Position numbers and translations under genes: made by a program
In this document: positions 1-8,338 of the stretch, piece by piece
Layout: each line of letters begins with the position of its first letter
Position numbering within the stretch: position 1 is the stretch's first letter
Origin: Bradyrhizobium sp.
GTDB lineage: Bacteria > Pseudomonadota > Alphaproteobacteria > Rhizobiales > Xanthobacteraceae
Reading direction: 5' to 3'
DNA length: 43,559 nt
Assembly (NCBI GenBank): GCA_035602495.1
Contig: DATNMT010000510.1
Span: 1 to 43,559 of the forward strand
The notes under the pieces: model-generated
What the model saw: the letters and a program-made list of their open reading frames with translations, nothing else
Database searches by the model: none
What the model was told of the DNA's origin: nothing

Positions 1-123
1 TTACGGCTTATTCCGTGCTCTCCCCGGCGAACCGGGCTTTCTTGCCACCGTCGCCCGCGAAAAAATTCCCGCGAACTTGACACCAGCGTCTGGGTGCCAG
101 GACCACACGGCTTTGCCGTCCGC
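1..123. repeat. Partial (3' part) Bradyrhizobium-type long intergenic repeat element
   Basis: TTACGGCTTATTCCGTGCTCTCCCCGGCGAACCGGGCTTTCTTGCCACCGTC...GAACTTGACACCAGCGTC...GGACCACACGGCTTTGCCGTCCGC matches, from recall, a multicopy structured intergenic repeat of bradyrhizobia. The 1..186 minus ORF is the usual shadow ORF of this repeat. Confidence 0.7.
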
Positions 124-269
124 CGAGGAATTTGCGGGCGATGGATCAGGAATAGTCCCAGGCTCGACCAACTCGAGAGGATTCATGCTCCAGTTCCGCA
201 GGGAGCGTTGGTTCGATTCGGGCCTACGGGTTATTGATGTCCGACTTGCCTATGACTCTCCCCCAGCAT

Positions 270-1352
270 CTATCTTCGCGGCCTCTCAACCGTCGATCGT
301 CGCACGTCGTTCTTCGCTCGCAACCGAGCCATCGCGAGGCGCGCTATCTCCGAGGGCGCCTGTTCCGGAATCGCAAACACCGAGCTGACGTTGATCTCGC
401 AAAGCACGTAGGTGTCCTGGCCGGAGGCATCGCGAGGCCCGTAGAGAAAGTCGGCATCCCAGATGATGGGCAACGAGCCCACATCGATTCCCAATCGATG
501 CATCATCTGCGGCGTCCATTCGGATTCCATCTTGTTTCTGAGCGCCTGAAACGGTGGCGCCGACGCCGGATGCATGATCCGCGGGCCGGGCTGTGCCGCG
601 GGCGAGTCCGGCCCTTCGGGCGGCGGCGGAATCAGTGCCTTGATGAATTGGTGTCCGAAACCGACAACCTTGTCCTCGCCCATGTAGCAGCGGATCATGC
701 CGTCGGGCAGCCTCGGCTGGAACGGTTGATCGACGATACACCCTTCGTTCGCGAAATAGGCTTCGCACTGTTTCATGAAATCGCCGAGCGGCATGGACTC
801 GGGCACGCTGCCGCGGCGCGCGTGCAGCACCCGAACAATGGCGGCGTCGGATAACAATTCGACCCTCCACACGCCTTGGCCGCCATTGCCACGGTTCTGC
901 TTGAGGACCCTGGCGCCTGCCGTTCGAAGCCGTGGCGGAAACTCTTCCCGAAAGGCTTTGGCGGTGCGATACAGATGGGTGTCCGCGCCCCAGCCCAGAT
1001 CCCTGGTGCGGTAGAGAACTTCCTTCACGCCCATTTTCAGGATCACGTCGGGGTGGGCGCTCACCCACACCCCACGCGAAGCGACGTCGCGCAGCAGCGC
1101 ATCGAGCACCACCCGGTTCTGCCCATCGGAGATCGGGTCGACCCAGACCAGCACCCCGTCGCAACCGAGAAGCTGCCGGCGCACTTCGTCCGCCATGTCG
1201 TCGGCATAGACCGCAGGCTCCGCCTCGATGCCGAGCGCGGCCAGCGCCTCGAAAACCCGGTGGTACCGATTGTTCTGTGCCGTCGCCCCGCTTCGCGCCT
1301 GACGGTCCCCGCGCCAGAGCAGGGCTAGTTTGCCAGCTTCGCCTGCGGCCAT
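270..1352 (-). CDS. Cj0069-family (ATP-grasp-like) protein, 360 aa
   Basis: ATG at 1352 with GAGGAG RBS upstream. Motifs DGVLVWVDP, SAHPDVILKMGVKEVL, RVLKQNRGNGGQGVW, LPIIWDADFLYG, YVLCEINVSSV. The longer 715-aa ORF call only overlaps chrA out of frame. Confidence 0.8.
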   Translation of the reverse strand: MAAGEAGKLALLWRGDRQARSGATAQNNRYHRVFEALAALGIEAEPAVYADDMADEVRRQLLGCDGVLVWVDPISDGQNRVVLDALLRDVASRGVWVSAHPDVILKMGVKEVLYRTRDLGWGADTHLYRTAKAFREEFPPRLRTAGARVLKQNRGNGGQGVWRVELLSDAAIVRVLHARRGSVPESMPLGDFMKQCEAYFANEGCIVDQPFQPRLPDGMIRCYMGEDKVVGFGHQFIKALIPPPPEGPDSPAAQPGPRIMHPASAPPFQALRNKMESEWTPQMMHRLGIDVGSLPIIWDADFLYGPRDASGQDTYVLCEINVSSVFAIPEQAPSEIARLAMARLRAKNDVRRSTVERPRR

Positions 1353-1378
1353 GTGGCCAGTCTCCTCTTTTGCGCCAG

Positions 1379-2554
1379 CTAGTGGACCATCACCCAGGTC
1401 GGTTGCAACAGCGGGAACGCGATCAGACCGACGGCACCGGTCACCGCGATCAGAAGCGGGTTGCTGACTTTCCACCGGAACAGGATGGCGAGCGAAACCA
1501 AACCGATCAGGACCGTCAGCCAATCGCCGATGGCGATCCGTCCCAGCAGGATGCATGCGCCCAATATCGTCCCGATCGCCGCCGCGTAGGCGCCCTTGAC
1601 AAAACCCTGCACATTGGGATTGCCGCGATGACGCGCCAGCAAGGGCGCGGCGATAAGCACCAGCAGAAATGACGGAAGGAAAATGCCGATGGTCGAGACC
1701 ACCGAGCCCCAGAATCCGGCGACGAGATAACCGACAAAGGTCGCGGTGATCACGACCGGTCCCGGGCTGATCATGCCGATGGCGACCGCGATCAGGAACT
1801 GGCGTTGATCCAGCCAGCCGAACTGTTGAACCAGTCCCTGTTCGAGGAATGGAACGATGACGAGGCCGCTGCCGAAGGTGAGCGAACCGGCCTTGAGAAA
1901 GAACAGGAAGAGTTTGCCGAGGATCGGACTCGCGGCCGTGGGCGCGAGCTGCGCGAGAACCGGTGCCGCGGTTACCGAAAGCGCGGGCGGCGTGCGCTTG
2001 AACAGACTGCCGTAGTACAGAATGCCGACAATGCCCGCTCCGATGAACAGGAGCGCCACTTCGGCTTGCAGAATGACGGTGACCACGAGGCAGACCAAGG
2101 CGATCACCCACTGCAACCAGTCCTCCATGCCAAGTTTGGCCAGCCGGTAGCAGGAATGCAGGATCAGCGCGATCACCGCCGGGCTCACGCCATAGAAGAT
2201 GGCCGTGACGGGTTGCAGGTCGCCAAGATAGACGTAGAGAGCGCCAAGTGCGGCAACGATGACGAAGTTCGGAAGGATGAAGGCCCATCCGCCGGCCCAG
2301 GCGCCCCAAAACCCGCATCGGAGATAGGCAACGTAGATGCCGACCTGGATCGCGAGAGGTCCGGGCAGCGACTGGCAGATCGCGATGGCCTCGCGCATTT
2401 GCTCCTTGGTGAGCCATTTCCGTTCATTGACGAGTTCGCGCTCCATCTGGCCGACCAGCGCAACCGGCCCGCCGAAACCGAGGAACCCGAGCCGCAGGAA
2501 GTAGCGTACCAACTCGCCGAATTGACCCGGCGGAGTTGTTTTAGATGTCCTCAT
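1379..2554 (-). CDS. chrA: Chromate efflux transporter (long-chain CHR family)
   Basis: Two homologous halves: FLRLGFLGFGGP...QSLPGP and FLKAGSLTFGSG...MISPGP. Hydrophobic throughout. Start codon uncertain between 2554 and 2581. Confidence 0.93.
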   Translation of the reverse strand: MRTSKTTPPGQFGELVRYFLRLGFLGFGGPVALVGQMERELVNERKWLTKEQMREAIAICQSLPGPLAIQVGIYVAYLRCGFWGAWAGGWAFILPNFVIVAALGALYVYLGDLQPVTAIFYGVSPAVIALILHSCYRLAKLGMEDWLQWVIALVCLVVTVILQAEVALLFIGAGIVGILYYGSLFKRTPPALSVTAAPVLAQLAPTAASPILGKLFLFFLKAGSLTFGSGLVIVPFLEQGLVQQFGWLDQRQFLIAVAIGMISPGPVVITATFVGYLVAGFWGSVVSTIGIFLPSFLLVLIAAPLLARHRGNPNVQGFVKGAYAAAIGTILGACILLGRIAIGDWLTVLIGLVSLAILFRWKVSNPLLIAVTGAVGLIAFPLLQPTWVMVH

Positions 2555-2628
2555 GTCATGCCCCAAATAAAATCTCCTCATAGCTCTCGGGGAGCGCCGC
2601 CTTCAGGCCGATGTTGAAACGCAAGGCG

Positions 2629-3576
2629 TTAGCTCTTCGTGCTCGCCGTCTTGTCGAGCGCGGCGCGCAATCCCTTGGCAAGCTTCAAGGCATCATCAAC
2701 GGCCCAGAAATGCAGGAAGAACAGGCGCGGCTGCTCGTCCAGCATGTGGCTGTGCACGGCCGTGACATCGATGCCGTTCGCCCGCAACGCCTTGATCACC
2801 GGATTGACCTCATCGCCGGTCAGGACAAAATCGCCGGTGATCGCTGCCTTGCCGCCGCCGGTCGGCTGGAAATTTATGGCGATGGCGGCGCCCAGTGGCG
2901 CGGGCGGCGTGATGGGCATTCCACCCATGGTCACGGCCTCGCGTCGCGGCACGTTGAATTGATAAACACCGCCATTGGCCTGCCCCTTGGCGCCAATCAG
3001 CTGATCGAGCTGCGCGGTATCGAGATCGACGGCTGGGGGAGCAGCGGCTGCGGCGGGTGCTGCCAATGGAGTCTTGCTGACGGCCAACGCGTCATGAATA
3101 ACGGCCGCCATCTTCGCCGGGTCGCCATGGCCGCCGACATGCATGTAGAAGGTGGCAGGGCTCGCGCGCAGCAGATGATTGTGGACGGCCGTGATCTCCA
3201 GGCCGCCTTGGATCAGCTTGAGCATCACTGGATTGATCTCGGTTTCCAGCAACACAAGGTCGCCCATCACCATGGCCTCCCCATGCATCGGCTTGAACGC
3301 GACCCAGCCGCCAAGCGCGAAGGCCGGCTTGATGGTGACGCTGTCGAGCGTCACGGTAAGATCGCTACGCGGAAAGCCATAACGATGCACGTCACCCGAC
3401 ACTGCAGGCTTTCTACCGAGCGCGTCGTCAACTTTCTGCCAGTCAATGTCAGCCGCATGTGCGGACGTGACGAACGGTTCGTCGAAAACGCGCCAGTCCA
3501 TCGTCTGCGCGTTCGCGCTCGGGATAAGCATAGCGAAAAAAACCGACGTCGCGGTCCAAAGCAGCATCTTACACAT
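2629..3576 (-). CDS. DUF1259 (LppY/LpqO-like) exported protein with two repeated His-motif domains
   Basis: AAGGAGG RBS before ATG 3576. Signal peptide. Repeated motifs MGDLVL...ITAVHNHLL...FYMHVGG and TGDFVL...VTAVHSHML...FFLHFWA. Confidence 0.85.
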   Translation of the reverse strand: MCKMLLWTATSVFFAMLIPSANAQTMDWRVFDEPFVTSAHAADIDWQKVDDALGRKPAVSGDVHRYGFPRSDLTVTLDSVTIKPAFALGGWVAFKPMHGEAMVMGDLVLLETEINPVMLKLIQGGLEITAVHNHLLRASPATFYMHVGGHGDPAKMAAVIHDALAVSKTPLAAPAAAAAPPAVDLDTAQLDQLIGAKGQANGGVYQFNVPRREAVTMGGMPITPPAPLGAAIAINFQPTGGGKAAITGDFVLTGDEVNPVIKALRANGIDVTAVHSHMLDEQPRLFFLHFWAVDDALKLAKGLRAALDKTASTKS

Positions 3577-3704
3577 CGTCAGGCCCTCCTTAGGTTGAGC
3601 CGATAGTTCGTTCATCTTCTTTGTCATCTCGTCTTCTCGAATTATCGCGGGCTTTGTGAAGGCCGGTCTCAGACATTCGCGCCGGGAGTCGCGTACGGCA
3701 GGCG

Positions 3705-4427
3705 CTAACTTTCCCGGCTGTACTGATCGTACAGCTTCACTGCGTTGTCCCAGCGAATTGCCTCCATGTAGATGTCGACATAACGTGCGGCCGCCGCGCC
3801 ATAGTCCATGTGATAGGCGTGCTCGTACATATCGAGCACCAGCACCGGCCGGCCACCGGCCAGCGTCGTGGTGTGGTCCGCCGCCCATTGATTGACGAGG
3901 CGCTTGTCGCGCGGAGAGTAGGAAAGGATGACCCACCCCGAACCGCCGCCTTCTGCCTTGCCCATCGCGGCAAATTCCGTCCGCCAACGCTCGAGGCTGC
4001 CAAAATCGCGGGCAATAGCTTCCGCCAGCGGGCCGCTCGCGGCCGCACCCCCGCCGAGTCCGTCGAAATATATCTCGTGCAGGATCATCGAGTTCGCGGC
4101 GATCAACTCCTCCCGCTTCAAGCCGTTGATCAGGAAATTCGGCGCCTTGGCGAAATCGAGTTCTGCCAGCTGTGTGCCGATTGCGTTGAGGCGTTTTACG
4201 GCGCCGACGTAGTTATTTTCATAATGGCTGACGAGAACCTTTTCCGAGATTCCCTTGATGGATTTTGGGTCGAGCGACATGGGTTTTGCCTGATACGGCA
4301 TCGTTTTGGCTCCGCTTGGCTGATTGCTTTGGGCGAATGCAGGGCTTGCCGCCAGCGCTGTTGACGCCGCGGCGGCAACGAGGCCCGCTCCCTGAATGAA
4401 GGTTCGGCGTTCGGTTGTGATGGTCAT
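3705..4427 (-). CDS. Fe/Mn superoxide dismutase, ChrC-like, with twin-arginine signal peptide
   Basis: Metal-ligand motifs SHYENNY, ILHEIYF and LDMYEHAY. GGGSGW motif. N-terminus ERRTFI...ASPAFA is a Tat signal. AAGGAG RBS. Confidence 0.88.
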   Translation of the reverse strand: MTITTERRTFIQGAGLVAAAASTALAASPAFAQSNQPSGAKTMPYQAKPMSLDPKSIKGISEKVLVSHYENNYVGAVKRLNAIGTQLAELDFAKAPNFLINGLKREELIAANSMILHEIYFDGLGGGAAASGPLAEAIARDFGSLERWRTEFAAMGKAEGGGSGWVILSYSPRDKRLVNQWAADHTTTLAGGRPVLVLDMYEHAYHMDYGAAAARYVDIYMEAIRWDNAVKLYDQYSRES

Positions 4428-4493
4428 CGGGAATCTCCTTTTTGTTGACAGCCCCGAAAGGTGAGCGCTGCAGATGGCTTGTTCAGTTTGGGC

Positions 4494-5141
4494 TTATGGC
4501 AAGGGTACGATCTCGATCTGGTCGAATCGCGTGACGCTGTCGCCTTTGGTCCAGAGCGCGATGCGGCCAGGCCGGGATAGGGTTTTGTCGAACGCGGTAA
4601 ATGCCCACGCCCCGTCGAGCGAAACGGTGAATTCGTCGTCTACCGCCCGAATCGTCAGCCTGTGCCAACTATGCGATGCAATGTCGGCGTCGACGCCTAC
4701 GATCTCCTCGCGCTCACCATTGCTCACACGCGAGAAAAGAACTCGATCTCTCAGTGCATCCACTTGGACGAGATAGTAGTCCTGCGGGCTGCGCAATCGC
4801 ACGGCAACCCCGCCGCCTTGATCTAACCTTCCCCCGTCTGCCTTAAGGCGAAGGCCAACCTCGGCATTTTTTAGTGTCGCAGTCTTGTAGATTGCGAGCG
4901 GGAAGCCATCCTCGGCGGTCTGTACGCCGGATTGTTCGATGGCACGACCTGCCGTGGCCGGCGCTTCGCCAACCACCGTCCAGCGCCCCTCCAATAGATC
5001 GAATTCGGCCGGCGGAGTTCCAACCTCATCGTTGCCGATGTCGATTTTCGCTGCGGCGCTTTCGACGCTTGTACCCAATTCGGTGCACACGAGGCACACG
5101 ACAGCTAAAACCACCCACGAAATGCGTGCTCGATTGAACAT
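4494..5141 (-). CDS. Exported hypothetical protein, probable concanavalin/LamG-like (DUF1080-like) beta-sandwich
   Basis: Signal peptide. DQGGGVAVR...DYYLV, WHRLTIRAVDDEFTVSLDG and GRIALWTKGDSVTRFD pattern. Lies within the chr run. Confidence 0.65.
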   Translation of the reverse strand: MFNRARISWVVLAVVCLVCTELGTSVESAAAKIDIGNDEVGTPPAEFDLLEGRWTVVGEAPATAGRAIEQSGVQTAEDGFPLAIYKTATLKNAEVGLRLKADGGRLDQGGGVAVRLRSPQDYYLVQVDALRDRVLFSRVSNGEREEIVGVDADIASHSWHRLTIRAVDDEFTVSLDGAWAFTAFDKTLSRPGRIALWTKGDSVTRFDQIEIVPLP

Positions 5142-5164
5142 GACTTTGCTTCCAGGCGACACCC

Positions 5165-5971
5165 TCAAGCCCCGACGGCCCGAGCGGGCCAATTATGCGT
5201 CTCGGCTTGCAGCTTGCGGCACCAGGTGTAGAGCGCGTCATACATGACCATGCCGTGTTTCAGCATTTCATGGTCGTCCGGGAAGTTAGCCGAGAGACCA
5301 AGCGAGATCGCGAACAGGCCGCCGCATTGAGGGCTTAGATCGTGCCGCGATGTGTCGGCACCCCGGACTATCGTCGCCAGATGATCGAGGGCCGGGTCCT
5401 TGATGTCGTAGATCCGCAGGATGGTATCGAACGAGCAGCGTTCGCCCTCATGCGTGAATTCCACGCCATCGATGTCGTAAGGGGTCCCGCCAATCTGCTG
5501 GGCGACGGCAACGACTTGATCCTTCGGGACGTAGATGAACTCTGCGTTGGGGTCGATGAAACGCCGTATCAGCCAGGGACAGGCAATGCGATCGATCTTC
5601 GGGTGTTCGCGTGTCACCCACTTGCCGGGAGTAGCCCCGATGTTGCGGCGGGTCGGCAGTCCGTGCTCCGTCCAATCAGCAATACCGCCTTCGAGGAAGT
5701 TCGCCTCCACTCCCATGAGGCGCAGTGCAGCGGCCACGCCCTGGCTGACTTCGCGTCCATGAACGCAATAGGTGACGATTTGCCGTCCGCTCGGCAAATC
5801 GGTTCGCCACTCTTCCAAATTGTCCGGAGAGCGATGAAACGCATCAGCTATGAGCGTATCGGCGCCGGCAAAGGCATCCTCCCGCCGCACGTCGACAACG
5901 ATCGGCGCCGCTTCGGAGCCGAGCCGCGCGTAAAGGGCATCTGGTGAAATGGAGTGTTTTCGGTCGTCCAT
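5165..5971 (-). CDS. Rhodanese (sulfurtransferase) domain fused to chromate-resistance ChrB C-terminal/ChrF-like domain
   Basis: N-terminal rhodanese (IVVDVRR, YCVHGREVS, LEGGIADW). C-terminal KWVTREHPKIDRIACPWLIRRFIDP...FTHEGERCSFD...YDALYTWC. GAGGAG RBS. Confidence 0.88.
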   Translation of the reverse strand: MDDRKHSISPDALYARLGSEAAPIVVDVRREDAFAGADTLIADAFHRSPDNLEEWRTDLPSGRQIVTYCVHGREVSQGVAAALRLMGVEANFLEGGIADWTEHGLPTRRNIGATPGKWVTREHPKIDRIACPWLIRRFIDPNAEFIYVPKDQVVAVAQQIGGTPYDIDGVEFTHEGERCSFDTILRIYDIKDPALDHLATIVRGADTSRHDLSPQCGGLFAISLGLSANFPDDHEMLKHGMVMYDALYTWCRKLQAETHNWPARAVGA

Positions 5972-6050
5972 GCGCAAATCTCCTCGACAAGTCGAGTGTT
6001 GCGCAGTCGTTGGACCGGGGTCTCAAGAGGAGACTGCATTTTCCCCTGCC
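5972..6050 (-). ncRNA. Candidate cis-regulatory structured leader (possible chrB RNA motif/riboswitch-like)
   Basis: The leader contains GCAGTC/GACTGC, GTCTC/GAGAC, GCGCAA/TTGCGC and CTCGAC/GTCGAG pairings, plus an anti-SD TCTCCTC complementary to the GAGGAGA RBS. Confidence 0.45.
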
Positions 6051-6053
6051 CGT

Positions 6054-6082
6054 TTAATAATTTGACCACGACGCAAAAGCAA
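6054..6082 (-). promoter_or_regulatory. Putative sigma70 promoter of the chr cluster
   Basis: TTGCTT-17 nt-TATTAA on the minus strand, directly upstream of the structured leader. Confidence 0.5.
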
Positions 6083-6339
6083 GAGGGTGGGCGACCGACC
6101 ACAATAGAATCCGGGTCGCTCGCGCTTATTTCCGCAATAAAACTCGCGCACTCAACGACCGTCGAGCAAAAACATCACATATTCGTGCGCGCCAGGCCTG
6201 CCGCTCCGCCGGCGAATTTTTGTACGCGCTTTGGAACCTTTTCAGCGCGAGCCGATTTAGGACGGCTTGTCTTGGCTCGAAGTTTTTCGCGCTGGGAATA
6301 AAACGGGGTGTGCGTTGTTGCGGAGAACGAAAGTCAATC

Positions 6340-6951
6340 ATGAAAAACGTTTTCAGAACTATTGCGGCGATGCGCGTTTGCTCGGTGATACCGGCTGCCG
6401 CGATGCTTGTGCTGTTCGCGGCACCATCCCATGCGGGCGACGAGGCGATGAAGGAAAAGGCAACGCAATGCACGCCTTGTCACGGTGAAACGGGCATATC
6501 CCAAACCGAGAACACCCCCTCGCTGGCGGGGCAACCTGATTTGTTCCTGCAATGGCAACTTGTTTTCTTCCGCAGCGGATCCCGCAAGAACGAGATCATG
6601 CAGCCGATGGCCGATCAACTCAGCAATGAGGATGTGCGCAGTCTCAGCGCCTACTTCGCCTCGCTGCCGCCCCCGAGAGCCTCCGCACCCGTTGACAATC
6701 CCGATCTGTCAAAGAAGGGCGCGGAAGCGGCCGCAGGACGGCGTTGTGCGTCCTGTCACACCGACACATTCGCCGGTACGAAAGCCGTGGCGCGCCTTGC
6801 CGGGCAGCGCGAGGACTACCTGATCAAGGCGCTGAATGACTACAAGTCGAACGTACGTGTCGGCGGCGGCGTGGCGGCGATGGCGGAGGTCGCGTACTTT
6901 CTCAGCGAAGAGGAAATCGTGGCACTCGCGCATTATCTCGCCCATCTTTAA
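6340..6951 (+). CDS. Di-heme cytochrome c4/c553-type protein
   Basis: Signal peptide. Two CxxCH motifs (CTPCH, CASCH). LAGQ motifs and Met axial-ligand segments in both halves. Confidence 0.9.
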   Translation: MKNVFRTIAAMRVCSVIPAAAMLVLFAAPSHAGDEAMKEKATQCTPCHGETGISQTENTPSLAGQPDLFLQWQLVFFRSGSRKNEIMQPMADQLSNEDVRSLSAYFASLPPPRASAPVDNPDLSKKGAEAAAGRRCASCHTDTFAGTKAVARLAGQREDYLIKALNDYKSNVRVGGGVAAMAEVAYFLSEEEIVALAHYLAHL

Positions 6952-7062
6952 TCAGATTCGTTGGTCGAGCTATTTTGTCTCGCCGCAGGTTACATTGGTC
7001 GACCAGCGTGAGGCTGTCGGCCGACGGCGCAAGAGCGCCTCCTCACCCGTGAAGAACCACAA

Positions 7063-8124
7063 CTAATGCGCGACGACCTCGACTTCGCCGTCAACGCCGT
7101 TGACGACATTGAACGGCCGCTCGTAGACCTTGCCTTCGTTCTTGGCGATGGCGCGGTATTCGCCTTCCGACAGCACGACGCGGGGGAAGGCGCCGATCGA
7201 TTCCTTGATGACGTCGCCGCCCGGCGTCAGCACCGACCAGGCGGTGTTGGCGAGCGCCTCGCCGCCCTTGTCGCTGACCAGCTTCAGGGTAATGACCGCG
7301 GCGCGATGGGTGATGATCACATCGGTCAGCTTGCTGGCCTGCACGCGGATGTCCGAGCGCACCACCGAGTTGGCGTCGCCGTAATTTGAAACGATGTAGT
7401 AGGTGCCCTCCGGCAGCAGCACGACGTCGCCGGCGGCGACGTTCGGCACCAGCGAGGCGCGCTCGCCGACCTCGAACTGGCTGCCCTTGTAGATCGCGAA
7501 CGAGATCTGGTTCTGCGGGATCTTGCTGGCGCCGACGCGGCCCTCGATGCGCAGCCCGCCGGCTGGCAGCAGGAAGGACTCGCGGTCGGTCTCGGCCTTC
7601 AGGGTCACCGCGCGCACCGCGCTGACCAGCCCGAACGCGACATGGACCACATAGCCGCCCGGCGGCAGCACGATGTTGGGCGTGGCGCCGCGATCCTCGC
7701 GGATCAGTTTGAAGGTGCCGGTCTCGTCCGGCCGGTCCGTGAACACCCGCCACACCAGGCCGTTGTTGATCACCGGCAGGTCCTTGCCGTAACGCGCCGT
7801 CAGCGCCAGCACACCCTGGCCCGGCACCGCAGCGCCCTGCGGCGCCACCACCGGCGGCACGGCGGCGACCGATGGCTGGGTCAGCGGCGCCGGCAGGTTC
7901 GGCATTGACGCAGGACCCGACGGCGGGGCCAGGTTCATCGCCGGTCCGGAAGGCTGTTCCGGGACCGCGGCCGGCGGCACCGGCGGCGGCCGGTCACTGA
8001 ACATCTGGGCCGCGGCCGGATTGGCGAACGAGGCGACCAGCAGGCAGGCCAGCGCGAACGCCGGCCACAGGCGTCCGCCTGGCCCGGATCGATCGGTACC
8101 GTAACCCCCTGAAGTCATCGCCAT
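7063..8124 (-). CDS. Conserved exported hypothetical protein with Pro-rich N-terminus
   Basis: Signal peptide (ANPAAA-Q), Pro-rich linker, then three beta-rich repeats (LPPGGYVVH, LPEGTYYIV, LSEGEYRAI). High GC3 codon usage. Confidence 0.75.
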   Translation of the reverse strand: MAMTSGGYGTDRSGPGGRLWPAFALACLLVASFANPAAAQMFSDRPPPVPPAAVPEQPSGPAMNLAPPSGPASMPNLPAPLTQPSVAAVPPVVAPQGAAVPGQGVLALTARYGKDLPVINNGLVWRVFTDRPDETGTFKLIREDRGATPNIVLPPGGYVVHVAFGLVSAVRAVTLKAETDRESFLLPAGGLRIEGRVGASKIPQNQISFAIYKGSQFEVGERASLVPNVAAGDVVLLPEGTYYIVSNYGDANSVVRSDIRVQASKLTDVIITHRAAVITLKLVSDKGGEALANTAWSVLTPGGDVIKESIGAFPRVVLSEGEYRAIAKNEGKVYERPFNVVNGVDGEVEVVAH

Positions 8125-8254
8125 GCTTTTCACCGAAAACGCGGCAAATTCAAGCCTCCCGGCCGGCCGGAGCGCGACAATCGGGAACCGGCGGCAAGGC
8201 TCGCGTGTTGGTCGGGCGGCCGTGATCCCGTCACAATCGATACCTAGCTCGGCC

Positions 8255-8269
8255 TTAACCGCGGCATAA
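8255..8269. promoter_or_regulatory. Near-consensus CtrA box
   Basis: TTAA-CCGCGGC-ATAA between the divergent hypothetical and patatin genes. Confidence 0.4.
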
Positions 8270-8338
8270 ACATGCTCGTGATAGGTTCTGGCGGCGCGGG
8301 GCCCTGGCGAATAGCTTTGTGCGGGCTGGAGAATTTCG

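Noticed and set aside
1353-2417. N-terminal extension making a 715-aa ORF fused to Cj0069
   Set aside because: Alternative frame over chrA. The real start at 1352 has its own RBS.
3577-3987. N-terminal extension of the DUF1259 ORF (452-aa call)
   Set aside because: Overlaps the SOD gene out of frame. RBS and signal peptide point to 3576.
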